Virus record (IMG/VR): IMGVR_UViG_3300017909_004705
Origin: a virus
Lineage: Duplodnaviria > Caudoviricetes
Strand: one strand, 5' to 3'
Length of the DNA stretch: 64,000 nucleotides
Part shown: piece by piece, positions 1-9,056 of the stretch
Numbering within the stretch: the first letter of the stretch is position 1
Layout of the letters: the number at the start of each line of letters is the position of its first letter
Made by a program: the position numbers and the translations under genes
The notes under the pieces: generated by a model
Told to the model about the DNA's origin: nothing
Seen by the model: the letters and a program-made list of their open reading frames with translations, nothing else
The model's database searches: none

Positions 1-1
1 T

Positions 2-295
2 GTACGTGAAAGTTATCAGGCAAGATCATTACGACTTACCAAACAAGGTCTGGCCATGTTGGAAAAGATTGATCTCAAAACCTACGACATCAAGTTTCCT
101 GCAAAAGTCATATTCACACCACAGACATACCTATGGTTGGATGAATTTGTTGACTGTCCTTACTTTGTAGACAAGCAAAAAATCATAGTGACCATGGAAA
201 AAATGGCATTACAACTCATGTTATTTGCTGGAGATATCACAAAATACGGGTTGGCCAGGGCTATGAGCAAAATGGACGAGCAAAAAAGCCAATAA
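2..295 (+). CDS. Hypothetical phage protein, 5'-truncated by the window edge
   Basis: The frame of the 56..295 ORF is open back to position 2 (VRESYQARSLRLTKQGLAM...); ends TAA at 295. Confidence 0.7.
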   Translation, partial: VRESYQARSLRLTKQGLAMLEKIDLKTYDIKFPAKVIFTPQTYLWLDEFVDCPYFVDKQKIIVTMEKMALQLMLFAGDITKYGLARAMSKMDEQKSQ

Positions 296-325
296 AACTG
301 CGACTTTTTGCATAGATTTACCAGG

Positions 326-353
326 TTGACGTACAACACAATTCTGCTATAAT
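326..353 (+). promoter_or_regulatory. Sigma70-type early promoter
   Basis: TTGACG(326-331), 16 nt, TATAAT(348-353) with extended TGn; AGGAG SD lies upstream of ATG 388. Confidence 0.75.
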
Positions 354-387
354 GGTATTATAAACATTTTAAACAGGAGTGTACAAA

Positions 388-1491
388 ATGCCAAGAGCAA
401 AAAACAAAGAAGCCGCAGTAGGCTCACAAAACAGAACAGTTTCACCCAACGAGGCGAAATCCGCACTGACACATTGTATCAAATTACAAAGACCAATAAT
501 GATGTGGGGTGCGCCAGGTATTGGTAAATCCGATATTGTTAAACAAATTGCAGACCAAGAAGGCAGAGAAGTAATTGATATTAGACTGCCTTTGTGGGAA
601 CCAACAGATATCAAAGGTATTCCGTATTACAACTCAAAAGAAAACAACATGGTTTGGGCAAGTCCGGCAGAGTTGCCAACTGATCCAAAGTCTAATGCTA
701 TTGTTTTCTTGGACGAGCTAAACTCGGCGGCGCCGGCAGTACAGGCGGCGGCATACCAACTTATTCTAAACAGAAGAGTAGGACAATATCACCTGCCAGA
801 AGGCGTTTCAATTGTGGCGGCTGGTAATAGAGACAGTGACAAAGGTGTCACTTACAGGATGCCTGCTCCGTTGGCAAACAGATTTGTCCACATCGAATTG
901 AGAGTGGACTTCGAAGACTGGCTACAGTGGGCTACAGACCAACACATACACGCAGATGTCGTTGGTTATTGCACATTCGCTAAACAAGATTTATACGATT
1001 TTGATCCTAGAGGTAGTTCTAGATCATTCGCAACTCCAAGATCATGGAGTTTCGTATCCCAACTTCTATCAGATGACCTGCCAGAAAGTACGCTCACTGA
1101 CCTCGTTGCAGGTTGCGTAGGAGAGGGCCTGGCCGTGAAGTTTATGAATCATCGTAAAATTAGCGGTCAGTTACCTAACCCATCTGATATATTGAGCGGC
1201 AAGGTGAAAGACCTTAAGAGCAAAGAGATATCGGCTATGTACTCTTTGACAGTTTCTTTGTGCTATGAATTACAACAGGCACACGAGAAGAAAGATAAAA
1301 CTTGGAATGAACAAGCGGACAGGTTCTTTAACTACATGATGGACAACTTCGAGACAGAGTTGGTTGTTATGGGTGCAAAGATTGCCTTGACAAACTACAA
1401 ACTTCCGTTCGATCCTAGCAAGTTAAAATCATTTGATAGGTTCCATAAGAAGTTTGGCAAGTATGTCATAACTGCTATGGAGTCTAAATAG
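388..1491 (+). CDS. MoxR-like AAA+ ATPase
   Basis: Walker A GAPGIGKS, Walker B VFLDE, AAGN sensor and NRF motifs; start moved to ATG 388 on the basis of the AGGAG SD. Confidence 0.9.
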   Translation: MPRAKNKEAAVGSQNRTVSPNEAKSALTHCIKLQRPIMMWGAPGIGKSDIVKQIADQEGREVIDIRLPLWEPTDIKGIPYYNSKENNMVWASPAELPTDPKSNAIVFLDELNSAAPAVQAAAYQLILNRRVGQYHLPEGVSIVAAGNRDSDKGVTYRMPAPLANRFVHIELRVDFEDWLQWATDQHIHADVVGYCTFAKQDLYDFDPRGSSRSFATPRSWSFVSQLLSDDLPESTLTDLVAGCVGEGLAVKFMNHRKISGQLPNPSDILSGKVKDLKSKEISAMYSLTVSLCYELQQAHEKKDKTWNEQADRFFNYMMDNFETELVVMGAKIALTNYKLPFDPSKLKSFDRFHKKFGKYVITAMESK

Positions 1492-2729
1492 TGGATTACA
1501 GAGAACAGAAAATCATAGACAAACTAGTGACGGCAAGGATTGCCTTACTATTAAAGCATCCTTTCTTTGGCAACCTTGCAACTAGATTGAAACTTGTGAA
1601 CGCAGATGACTGGTGTCCCACTGCAGGTACAGATGGCAGACATTTCTATTACAATACAAAGTTCATAGATTCTCTTACACCCAAAGAAGCAGAGTTCTTG
1701 TTTGGACATGAGGTGTTGCACAATGTATTTGAACATATGCTCGTAAGGATAGGAGACAGAGATCCACAACTTTGGAACATAGCGGCGGACTATGCCGTTA
1801 ACCAGATACTGAAAGATTCCAACATCGGCGAAATGCCCAAAGGCAAAAAAGGTGAGAACAAAGGATTCCAAGATGACAAGTACAAGGATTGGGCATCAGA
1901 AAGAATCTATGATGACTTGTTCAAAACTTCAAAGAAGAACGGCAAGAAGTTTTTGGAGAAGATGGGTGAGCTTATGGACGATCACCAAGAGTGGGGCAAA
2001 GGTGATGGTGGAGGTGAAGGCAAGAGTAAAGATAAAAAAGGTGGCAAGAGTGGCAAGCCTGTGTATACTAAAGAAGAACTTAAAAAGATCAGAGACGAAG
2101 TAAAGGAGGCAATGGTAAGTGCCGCACAATCAACAGGCGCAAGTAATTTGCCAGGTGCTTTACAAAGACTTGTAAAGGATCTGACAGAGCCTAAGATGGA
2201 CTGGAGAGAAATACTTCAGCAACAGATAATGAGCACACTGAAATCGGACTATACTTGGATGAGACCAAGCAGAAAAAGTTGGCACACATCAGCAATACTT
2301 CCAGGACAAAACAATGATGAGATGATTGATATATGTTTGGCTTTAGATGCCAGTGGTAGTATTAGTAACGATCAATGTAAAGAATTTTTGACAGAGGTAA
2401 AAAACATAATGGATCAATACAAAGATTTCAGAATACACTTATGGAGTTTTGATACCGCAGTATTCAATCCAAAAGTTTTTACTCCTGACAACGCAGATGA
2501 ACTATTAGACTACAAACTAGGATCAGGTGGTGGAACAGAATTTGAATGTAATTGGGAGTACATGAAAGAACAAGGAATAGAACCGAAAAAATTTGTAATG
2601 TTCACAGATGGTTGGCCTTTTAATTCGTGGGGAGATGAACACTACTGTGACACAATATTTTTAATCAACAATCCTTACGAGAGGGACATCGAAGCACCAT
2701 GGGGACTAACGGTACAATACAATGACTAA
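1491..2729 (+). CDS. Metallopeptidase-like (HExxH) plus vWA domain protein (DUF2201-like), partner of the AAA ATPase
   Basis: HEVLH motif, MIDAS-like DASGS, GGGT and FTDG motifs; coupled to the ATPase gene. Confidence 0.85.
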   Translation: MDYREQKIIDKLVTARIALLLKHPFFGNLATRLKLVNADDWCPTAGTDGRHFYYNTKFIDSLTPKEAEFLFGHEVLHNVFEHMLVRIGDRDPQLWNIAADYAVNQILKDSNIGEMPKGKKGENKGFQDDKYKDWASERIYDDLFKTSKKNGKKFLEKMGELMDDHQEWGKGDGGGEGKSKDKKGGKSGKPVYTKEELKKIRDEVKEAMVSAAQSTGASNLPGALQRLVKDLTEPKMDWREILQQQIMSTLKSDYTWMRPSRKSWHTSAILPGQNNDEMIDICLALDASGSISNDQCKEFLTEVKNIMDQYKDFRIHLWSFDTAVFNPKVFTPDNADELLDYKLGSGGGTEFECNWEYMKEQGIEPKKFVMFTDGWPFNSWGDEHYCDTIFLINNPYERDIEAPWGLTVQYND

Positions 2730-2808
2730 TGATACAAAAATATTATACATATCAACTGCTATATTTGTTTTAGTTATAGTTGTTGCCACTGTGAGGTATT
2801 ATGCTTAA
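2722..2808 (+). CDS. 28-aa single-pass membrane peptide (not in ORF track)
   Basis: MTNDTKILYISTAIFVLVIVVATVRYYA*; overlaps the upstream stop, hydrophobic core. Confidence 0.5.
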   Translation: MTNDTKILYISTAIFVLVIVVATVRYYA

Positions 2809-2911
2809 TATGATATGGGCAATGATTAAGGATTGGTTAGAGAATCCTATAACCGTAGGAATAGGAATAATGCTATTAACACTTTTGATTTTTGAGATAG
2901 GAATAGGATAA
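2801..2911 (+). CDS. 36-aa membrane peptide (not in ORF track)
   Basis: MLNMIWAMIKDWLENPITVGIGIMLLTLLIFEIGIG*; GAGG SD; TAATG coupling to the next gene. Confidence 0.55.
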   Translation: MLNMIWAMIKDWLENPITVGIGIMLLTLLIFEIGIG

Positions 2912-3270
2912 TGGAAACTAGAGAAAAATGGTACTCAGGATCGATGATAAAAGTAAAGTGTTTTCGAAACTGGATGATCGACACGGCAACAGTCTTATTT
3001 GATGACAACAACAACGACCTACGAGCATTACCTAAAACCGTAAGGCTACAAATATTAGTGGTTTTAAGTTTTGTTTGGAGCACCGTGTTCACTGTTTATT
3101 TTTTCTCTATGTCTACTATGCTATGGGGTTGGGTAGGACTGGTCCTTGGACATCTTGGAATAATTTTTGCAGTCTATTACACTTTCAAACAGTTTCACAA
3201 TGCGGCTCATAAAATGGAACCTGATCCAAATGATCCACCATTGTATGACGATGTATGGTATGGCTCATGA
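2911..3270 (+). CDS. Hypothetical membrane protein with 2 TM segments
   Basis: Two hydrophobic stretches; translational coupling on both sides. Confidence 0.7.
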   Translation: METREKWYSGSMIKVKCFRNWMIDTATVLFDDNNNDLRALPKTVRLQILVVLSFVWSTVFTVYFFSMSTMLWGWVGLVLGHLGIIFAVYYTFKQFHNAAHKMEPDPNDPPLYDDVWYGS

Positions 3271-3455
3271 GCAAGTACGTTGTTTTTATAATGATGGTGG
3301 TAGTGTTGGCTATGTTCTGGAAAGGCATAGAAGTGCTTGGACCAAGCAACACCAACAAGGATATATTGTATGAAGGACCAAAAAAATCCGTTAAAGAAAG
3401 ATGGGACGCGGCATATGAATGGATGAAGGAGAAACGTGAAGATAAATCCAAATAA
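3267..3455 (+). CDS. Small protein with N-terminal membrane anchor
   Basis: ATGA overlap with the upstream stop; MSKYVVFIMMVVVLAMFW. Confidence 0.6.
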   Translation: MSKYVVFIMMVVVLAMFWKGIEVLGPSNTNKDILYEGPKKSVKERWDAAYEWMKEKREDKSK

Positions 3456-3702
3456 TTTTTTCAAAAGAGAACTTGATATATTACCACCACACTTTGTAAA
3501 CACAGTTGTAAAGGCCCATGAGTCAGACATAGAACACATGAGAAAATGGATCTATGAAAACTGTCATGGTAGATACTCAATTACCAAAGATGTTATATAC
3601 GAAGGTGACCAATCAAGGTCAATCACAGTGATTGGTTTTGAAAATCCAGGTGACCTGACCCTTTTCGCTCTAAGTGGTAAAGCTCAGATAAATCAAATCT
3701 AA
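3436..3702 (+). CDS. Hypothetical phage protein
   Basis: 88-aa ORF, GTG start preceded by AGGAG. Confidence 0.7.
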   Translation: MKINPNNFFKRELDILPPHFVNTVVKAHESDIEHMRKWIYENCHGRYSITKDVIYEGDQSRSITVIGFENPGDLTLFALSGKAQINQI

Positions 3703-3705
3703 TCG

Positions 3706-3734
3706 TTGCACTCCATAATTAATTTTAGTATAAT
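3706..3734 (+). promoter_or_regulatory. Sigma70-type promoter
   Basis: TTGCAC(3706-3711), 17 nt, TATAAT(3729-3734). Confidence 0.7.
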
Positions 3735-3774
3735 ATACGTATATTAATACCAATTGCAATTAGGAGAAAATTAA

Positions 3775-4056
3775 ATGGCAAAAGAAGAAACAAAAAAGAC
3801 GGAAACTGTTGAAGCAACAAAGACGGCGACGGCCCAATCTACTGCTCCAGCACAACCTGATCCGATGGCATTATCGATTGGAGATTTGAAAGGTCTTGCA
3901 TCAATTATTGATGTGGCATCAACAAGAGGTGCTTTCAAAGCCGCCGAGATGGCAGGTGTTGGAACACTCTACAATAAACTTAACGCATTCCTAGTGAATG
4001 TAGAAAAAGGCCAACAAGCAGGTACTGACGCAAAGGCACCAGCGGAAGGAAAATAA
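3775..4056 (+). CDS. Hypothetical phage protein
   Basis: AGGAG SD; 93-aa ORF with a helical core (IIDVASTRGAFKAAEM). Confidence 0.8.
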   Translation: MAKEETKKTETVEATKTATAQSTAPAQPDPMALSIGDLKGLASIIDVASTRGAFKAAEMAGVGTLYNKLNAFLVNVEKGQQAGTDAKAPAEGK

Positions 4057-4057
4057 A

Positions 4058-4597
4058 ATGGCAACACTAATGAACGTAAACAACCAAGCCATGCCGATGG
4101 GTGACAACACCGGAGCGGCGGGTGATGGTCAGACTGGTCCAAAAAGACACTTCAAACACATTGGAGAGTTGGCGGACGAGTCAAAAGCCAAAGTGGTTAT
4201 CATGTATAGAACAGTGCCAGGTGAACCGAACAACTGTTTGGTTGTTGGTACCAAGTTCTTACCTGACGTGTACCACAATGGTTTGATGTCTGCTGTGGAA
4301 TCAGAAGGCGGACAACAGGCAGAAGAATTTGCCGACTATGCCGGTAGACAGACATTCGCTGACGGCACAAATATGTTGGCAATGCTTCATAATGACAATT
4401 ATATCAAAAAATTTAAAACAAATGAAATAATGGTCACTTATGGATCAGGCCCAGACGGAAGAATCTTGTTGAATAAACTTAACGAGATGATTGCAAAAGA
4501 AAAAGGCGTCAAAGTCTCGGACCTTGGACAAAAGGATCCAGACGCTAAAGACGATACTAAAAAAGCGGATGCCAAAAAGACAACCGCCAAAAAATAG
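4058..4597 (+). CDS. Hypothetical phage protein
   Basis: 179-aa ORF directly after the previous stop. Confidence 0.8.
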   Translation: MATLMNVNNQAMPMGDNTGAAGDGQTGPKRHFKHIGELADESKAKVVIMYRTVPGEPNNCLVVGTKFLPDVYHNGLMSAVESEGGQQAEEFADYAGRQTFADGTNMLAMLHNDNYIKKFKTNEIMVTYGSGPDGRILLNKLNEMIAKEKGVKVSDLGQKDPDAKDDTKKADAKKTTAKK

Positions 4598-4913
4598 CAC
4601 TTGGGTACAGCTCACACGAGATTTCGTTAGAGAGTGGCCGGAGGTTTTGGAAGGCTTACAATTCCAGAACATGCCGGTCAAGTACCTAGATTATATTAAT
4701 CTTAATCTAAAAAATAATGTCACAATTAGATATGACATTAAAAAAGAGTTGAAAACAAAAAAGCAAGGCATTATTGCTAGAGTTCTAAAAAAAACAATCG
4801 AAGATCATTACGTTAGAATAAAAAACGTTGATTTAAAATTTAATGTTCCAGCACTTAAATGTGATATGGAAAACAAGACAAGAAATATTTTATCAAAGAC
4901 TTTTCGAAAGTAG
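4569..4913 (+). CDS. Hypothetical basic protein
   Basis: In-frame ATG 4569 (MPKRQPPK) of track ORF 4491..4913; start uncertain. Confidence 0.65.
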   Translation: MPKRQPPKNSTWVQLTRDFVREWPEVLEGLQFQNMPVKYLDYINLNLKNNVTIRYDIKKELKTKKQGIIARVLKKTIEDHYVRIKNVDLKFNVPALKCDMENKTRNILSKTFRK

Positions 4914-5762
4914 GTCTAAATTTTTTGCCACTTCAATGGCATTGTCTACATCTGATAGGGGTTTTCTTTTTTCCCTTACACAATCAACAAATTCAATAAG
5001 TTCGTTGCGGAGAGGATTTGATTCTATGTCAAATTGTTCGATAGTTGGCTCATAATTCATTCTATCTTCGTTCCAAATGTTGGTAGTAAGTTTGATAGTT
5101 TTCTTTTCTTCGTCCCAGAATATCATTCCTTTAGTTCCAACTATTGCTGTTGTTCTAACTTTTTCTGGATAGTACCAACTAAGATTGAATTTTATTGGAG
5201 TGCCATTACAAGTGAAAGAGAACTCGTCCCTATCATTTTGGACCTTACCACTGTATTTGTGTCCGCTGTGTTTGATGTTTTGGAACTCATAAGTGCCCAA
5301 CCAATAGTGTATTATGCTGACATCATGTGGTGCTAGGCTGTGTACTGTGCTTATCTTTGTTTGGAACCTACCCCAGTTGAGCCTGTTCATTTCTATGTGT
5401 TGCACTTCTCCTATTTGTGGTAGTAGTTCTTTAATTTTATGTACCCTATCATTGTAAAGGAAGATGTGTCCTACCATCAATGTCTGTTCACGCAGAAAAC
5501 TTTTTATTATGCAACACTCTGTACAGGTCAAAGAAAGTGGTTTCTCGACATAAACGTTTTTGCCTTGTTGCAGTAGTCTAATGGTCTGTGTGTGGTGATC
5601 CCAAGCAGGCGTGGCCAGTATCACGTTGTCATACTTAATGTCCTTTAAATCCTTGCCATCTTTGATATCAATTATTTCTATCTCTTCTACTCCCGGTATT
5701 GTTTCCAATTCCGCTTTCAACTTTGATCCCCAATATCCTGCACCTACTAAACTAATTTGCAT
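4893..5762 (-). CDS. Gfo/Idh/MocA NAD-dependent oxidoreductase (WbpB/WlbA-like sugar dehydrogenase)
   Basis: GAGYWG Rossmann motif, VEKPL, LAPHD. Confidence 0.9.
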   Translation of the reverse strand: MQISLVGAGYWGSKLKAELETIPGVEEIEIIDIKDGKDLKDIKYDNVILATPAWDHHTQTIRLLQQGKNVYVEKPLSLTCTECCIIKSFLREQTLMVGHIFLYNDRVHKIKELLPQIGEVQHIEMNRLNWGRFQTKISTVHSLAPHDVSIIHYWLGTYEFQNIKHSGHKYSGKVQNDRDEFSFTCNGTPIKFNLSWYYPEKVRTTAIVGTKGMIFWDEEKKTIKLTTNIWNEDRMNYEPTIEQFDIESNPLRNELIEFVDCVREKRKPLSDVDNAIEVAKNLDLLSKSL

Positions 5763-6846
5763 AAAAGTCCTTTATTGCTTTTATAATGTAATCCTGGTGA
5801 TGCTCGGGTAATGTATGATAGCAAGGCAAACTTAATATGTTATTGCAAATATATTCTGTTCTAGGCAAAACAGTGCCATTATCAAAAGCATTTGTTTTGT
5901 GCGTTGGAAATTTGTAGTGTATGTTAGTCTGTATTCCTTTTTGTTTTAAAAAAGATTGCAATTTATCACGTGTACCCTCAGGCGTTTCAATGACATAAAC
6001 ATAATATGAATGTTTTGACCAAGGTGCTTCCTTTGGACATTTCACAATATCATTAAGTTCTTTGGTATATTTCCTACACACAGACCTTTTCTTGTCCAAC
6101 CAACTATCTATCTTAGAAAGTTTGGCTGTAACAATCACTGCCTGTAAGTTGTCAATCCTTGCGTTGTAACCTACCTTGTCGTACTCGAACTTTGTTTTCC
6201 TTCCATGATCCCTATACATTTTAACTTTATCGATCAATTCTTTGCTACCTGTGACTGCACCTGCATCTCCCATGGCGCCTAAATTTTTTACAGGATTGAA
6301 ACTGAAACAAGTCAAGTCCACGAGACTGCCGACCTTCTTTCCTTTGTATTCGGAACCAAAACTCTGAGCGGCATCTTCTATTACTTTCAAATTAAATTTT
6401 TTTGCGAACTCATTTATCTTATCAATATCAGGCGTTTGACCATAAAGATCAACAAACATGATGGCCTTTAATGTGTCGGTAAGTTGTAGTTTATTAACGT
6501 CAAGATGATAGAAATCATCTATGTCAACAAAGACAGGTGACGCACCAACATTTACAATCGATTCTGTTGTTGAAACAAAAGTGTGACCCACCGTCATTAC
6601 CTGATGTCCAGGTCCGATGTCTAGAGCCCTCAAGGCACAAGTCAGTGCATTGGTGCCTGATCCGATACTAGCACAATCCTCAGCGCCTGTGTAATCACAG
6701 ATTGCTCTTTCAAAATTGTCCACAGTTGGCCCTGTTATAAAATCTGACCTAAGGATTATATCCTTGATCGCCATGTCTATCTCTGTTTGCAGTTCCTCGT
6801 ATTGAGGATAAAGATCAACAAACGGTATTTTGATATCGTTGCTCAT
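5752..6846 (-). CDS. DegT/DnrJ/EryC1/StrS PLP sugar aminotransferase
   Basis: IPFVDL, SGTNAL, EDAAQS, SFNPVKNLGAMGDAG (PLP lysine). Confidence 0.95.
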   Translation of the reverse strand: MSNDIKIPFVDLYPQYEELQTEIDMAIKDIILRSDFITGPTVDNFERAICDYTGAEDCASIGSGTNALTCALRALDIGPGHQVMTVGHTFVSTTESIVNVGASPVFVDIDDFYHLDVNKLQLTDTLKAIMFVDLYGQTPDIDKINEFAKKFNLKVIEDAAQSFGSEYKGKKVGSLVDLTCFSFNPVKNLGAMGDAGAVTGSKELIDKVKMYRDHGRKTKFEYDKVGYNARIDNLQAVIVTAKLSKIDSWLDKKRSVCRKYTKELNDIVKCPKEAPWSKHSYYVYVIETPEGTRDKLQSFLKQKGIQTNIHYKFPTHKTNAFDNGTVLPRTEYICNNILSLPCYHTLPEHHQDYIIKAIKDFYAN

Positions 6847-8131
6847 AATTCTGTTTTAGCCATTCGAAGTTGTATGAATTCATAAGTTGTTGATAATTGT
6901 CTTTGTTTTCATCATAGAACTTTTTTGCATCTGTGGCACCTTTATGTACCCAATCTGCATTGTTTCCTGAACCCATCGTGAGCCATTTCTTTAACCTATA
7001 TTTTCCTTCTACTGTTGGTTTTGCCTGTAATAATTTTATGACTTCTCTAAATGCTGTTCTCCATGCCAACCACGGTGTTTGATTAAAATGATTGATGGCA
7101 CTGAGTATTGGGACCACTTCGTGAGGTGCTGATAGGGTAAAGTCTAGACCAGGGTTTGTAGTTTTCATTACAAGGCCTTTGTTGTATAACAACACTGCTC
7201 CATGACCATACTCCAGTCCATTCACAGGATTCTTGCAGTGAAATATGTAGTGGCAAGGATTTTTCAGCCTATCTGGTTGAAAATCAAATTTAAAACTATC
7301 AACTATTTCTAATTTCGGAAACACTGCAAAAAAGTAATCTGTTTCACTCATTGACGCCGCGGCCATGTATGCCAGTGTTTGTCCTATTATGTCTTTTGCC
7401 CATTTGGCCCTAGGAAAACGTTTTTTCAATTCCTTGTATCTTTTTTCTGCACTTGGTTCATCATAAGATATAAAAATTATATCCATAGGCTTAGATTCAT
7501 ATTCTAAGTCATAATGCACTATTCTCTCTATGTCATAGAACTGTTTGATGTGCTCTTTGTGTGGTACCAACATTATGTCGTTTGTTTTACCCCAAGTGTA
7601 AAGTTTAACATCCTCCCAAAAACTTGGAAAAAAGTTTGGTATTGTTTTTGGATCTAGGTCTTTGTTGTGTAACCATGTATAATAATTAGGATCATTTTTC
7701 AAATATTCATAAGGGTCTTTCAGTTTGAAACTTTTTTTTGGTATCCAGTTTTGGAATAGGTTACTGTGTGCATGATAATTTATATCCTTAAAATCTCTTA
7801 AAAATTTTAAATTGTGTATTTGTTTTTTAAGTTCTTTAGTTGGTATTAAAAAAACATTGCCTTCTTTATTTGTCCCACCTAGGGGGTGTGTGTTGTACCA
7901 GACATGTATCTGTTTCTGTTCATGTTGTTCAGGAATATAATCTAAATCAACAGTTTTTAGATTCATAAAATTTGCAAAAAACCAGAAGTACTCTGTTTTG
8001 ACGTCATCTATTATAGACTTCAACACAGTAAGATAACTGTCCACGAATGGTACCACTCTTGTATCTGCAAATGGTGACGCAATGTGCTTTGTGTGTTTAA
8101 ATTTTACCTGTATACTTTCGAATCCAGTCAT
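6815..8131 (-). CDS. Glycosyltransferase-like protein; C-terminal domain paralogous to 20420..21319 but lacking DxD
   Basis: DIIFISYDEP...SETDYFF...NPVNGLEYG...AWRTAFRE aligns with the 299-aa paralog. Confidence 0.55.
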   Translation of the reverse strand: MTGFESIQVKFKHTKHIASPFADTRVVPFVDSYLTVLKSIIDDVKTEYFWFFANFMNLKTVDLDYIPEQHEQKQIHVWYNTHPLGGTNKEGNVFLIPTKELKKQIHNLKFLRDFKDINYHAHSNLFQNWIPKKSFKLKDPYEYLKNDPNYYTWLHNKDLDPKTIPNFFPSFWEDVKLYTWGKTNDIMLVPHKEHIKQFYDIERIVHYDLEYESKPMDIIFISYDEPSAEKRYKELKKRFPRAKWAKDIIGQTLAYMAAASMSETDYFFAVFPKLEIVDSFKFDFQPDRLKNPCHYIFHCKNPVNGLEYGHGAVLLYNKGLVMKTTNPGLDFTLSAPHEVVPILSAINHFNQTPWLAWRTAFREVIKLLQAKPTVEGKYRLKKWLTMGSGNNADWVHKGATDAKKFYDENKDNYQQLMNSYNFEWLKQNYEQRYQNTVC

Positions 8132-9056
8132 AATAACTTTCTAATCCTTGTCTTAGGGTAAATTGTGGTTGATAATCTAAAAGGTCTTTAGCCCTGCTTA
8201 TATCTAAAGTGCCTCGCATGGGATATAGTTTATGCATTCCTATATCTTTGATTTCAGATTGACTGCCTGTTATATCAATAATTGTTTCTGCAAGTGTCCT
8301 TAGGCTAGTGGCATTGCCTGCCGTTATGTTGAAACTAGTGTTGGCAACTTCAGAATTTGCCGCTTTAATTATACCATAGGCGGCATCCTGCCTGTACGTA
8401 AAGTCAACTCTGTTTTCACCATTGTGCAAGTGAATTTCTTCATTTTTCATTGCTTTGTCAAAAAACTTTGACACAACTCTGTCTGGAAGGTCTCCAGGAC
8501 CAAATACTCCACTGGGCCTTACAATGACATAGTTGAGTCCATCTCTCTTGGCAAATAACTTTGTGAGCCTTTCACCTGTCAATTTGGCCTCGCCGTAGAT
8601 GTTCTGTGGTTTAGTACTTGCTTCTTCTCTTGTTCCGTCAACAAAATCACCGTACACCATGCTACTACTGATGTACACAAATTTTTTCGTATTCCATTTA
8701 GCGGCATGCCATAACAAGTTTGTTGTTGTGTCAATTACTTTTGGAATGCCATTTATAGGATCTTCGTCTACTATTTTTGCTCTTGGATATGTCGCCATAT
8801 GTATCACTGTGTCTGGATTGGTTTTGAAGGCTCTAAGGCAAACCAGTCTGTCTAACACATCACCATGGATTATCTGTACATTTTCCTTCTTCCAATTTCT
8901 AGTTCTCCATTCAATCAGTTTATCAAGTGCTGACGGAGTAATAATATCGTAAGTGTCTTTGTTATCCACACATACAACTCTGTGTCCGTCGTTGGACAGT
9001 TTCTCTATTATCTTTGTGCCTATAAATCCTAATCCACCTGTAATCAAATATTTCAT
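8097..9056 (-). CDS. NAD-dependent nucleotide-sugar epimerase/dehydratase
   Basis: TGGLGFIG, SSSMVYG, YGEAK (YxxxK). Confidence 0.93.
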   Translation of the reverse strand: MKYLITGGLGFIGTKIIEKLSNDGHRVVCVDNKDTYDIITPSALDKLIEWRTRNWKKENVQIIHGDVLDRLVCLRAFKTNPDTVIHMATYPRAKIVDEDPINGIPKVIDTTTNLLWHAAKWNTKKFVYISSSMVYGDFVDGTREEASTKPQNIYGEAKLTGERLTKLFAKRDGLNYVIVRPSGVFGPGDLPDRVVSKFFDKAMKNEEIHLHNGENRVDFTYRQDAAYGIIKAANSEVANTSFNITAGNATSLRTLAETIIDITGSQSEIKDIGMHKLYPMRGTLDISRAKDLLDYQPQFTLRQGLESYYDWIRKYTGKI

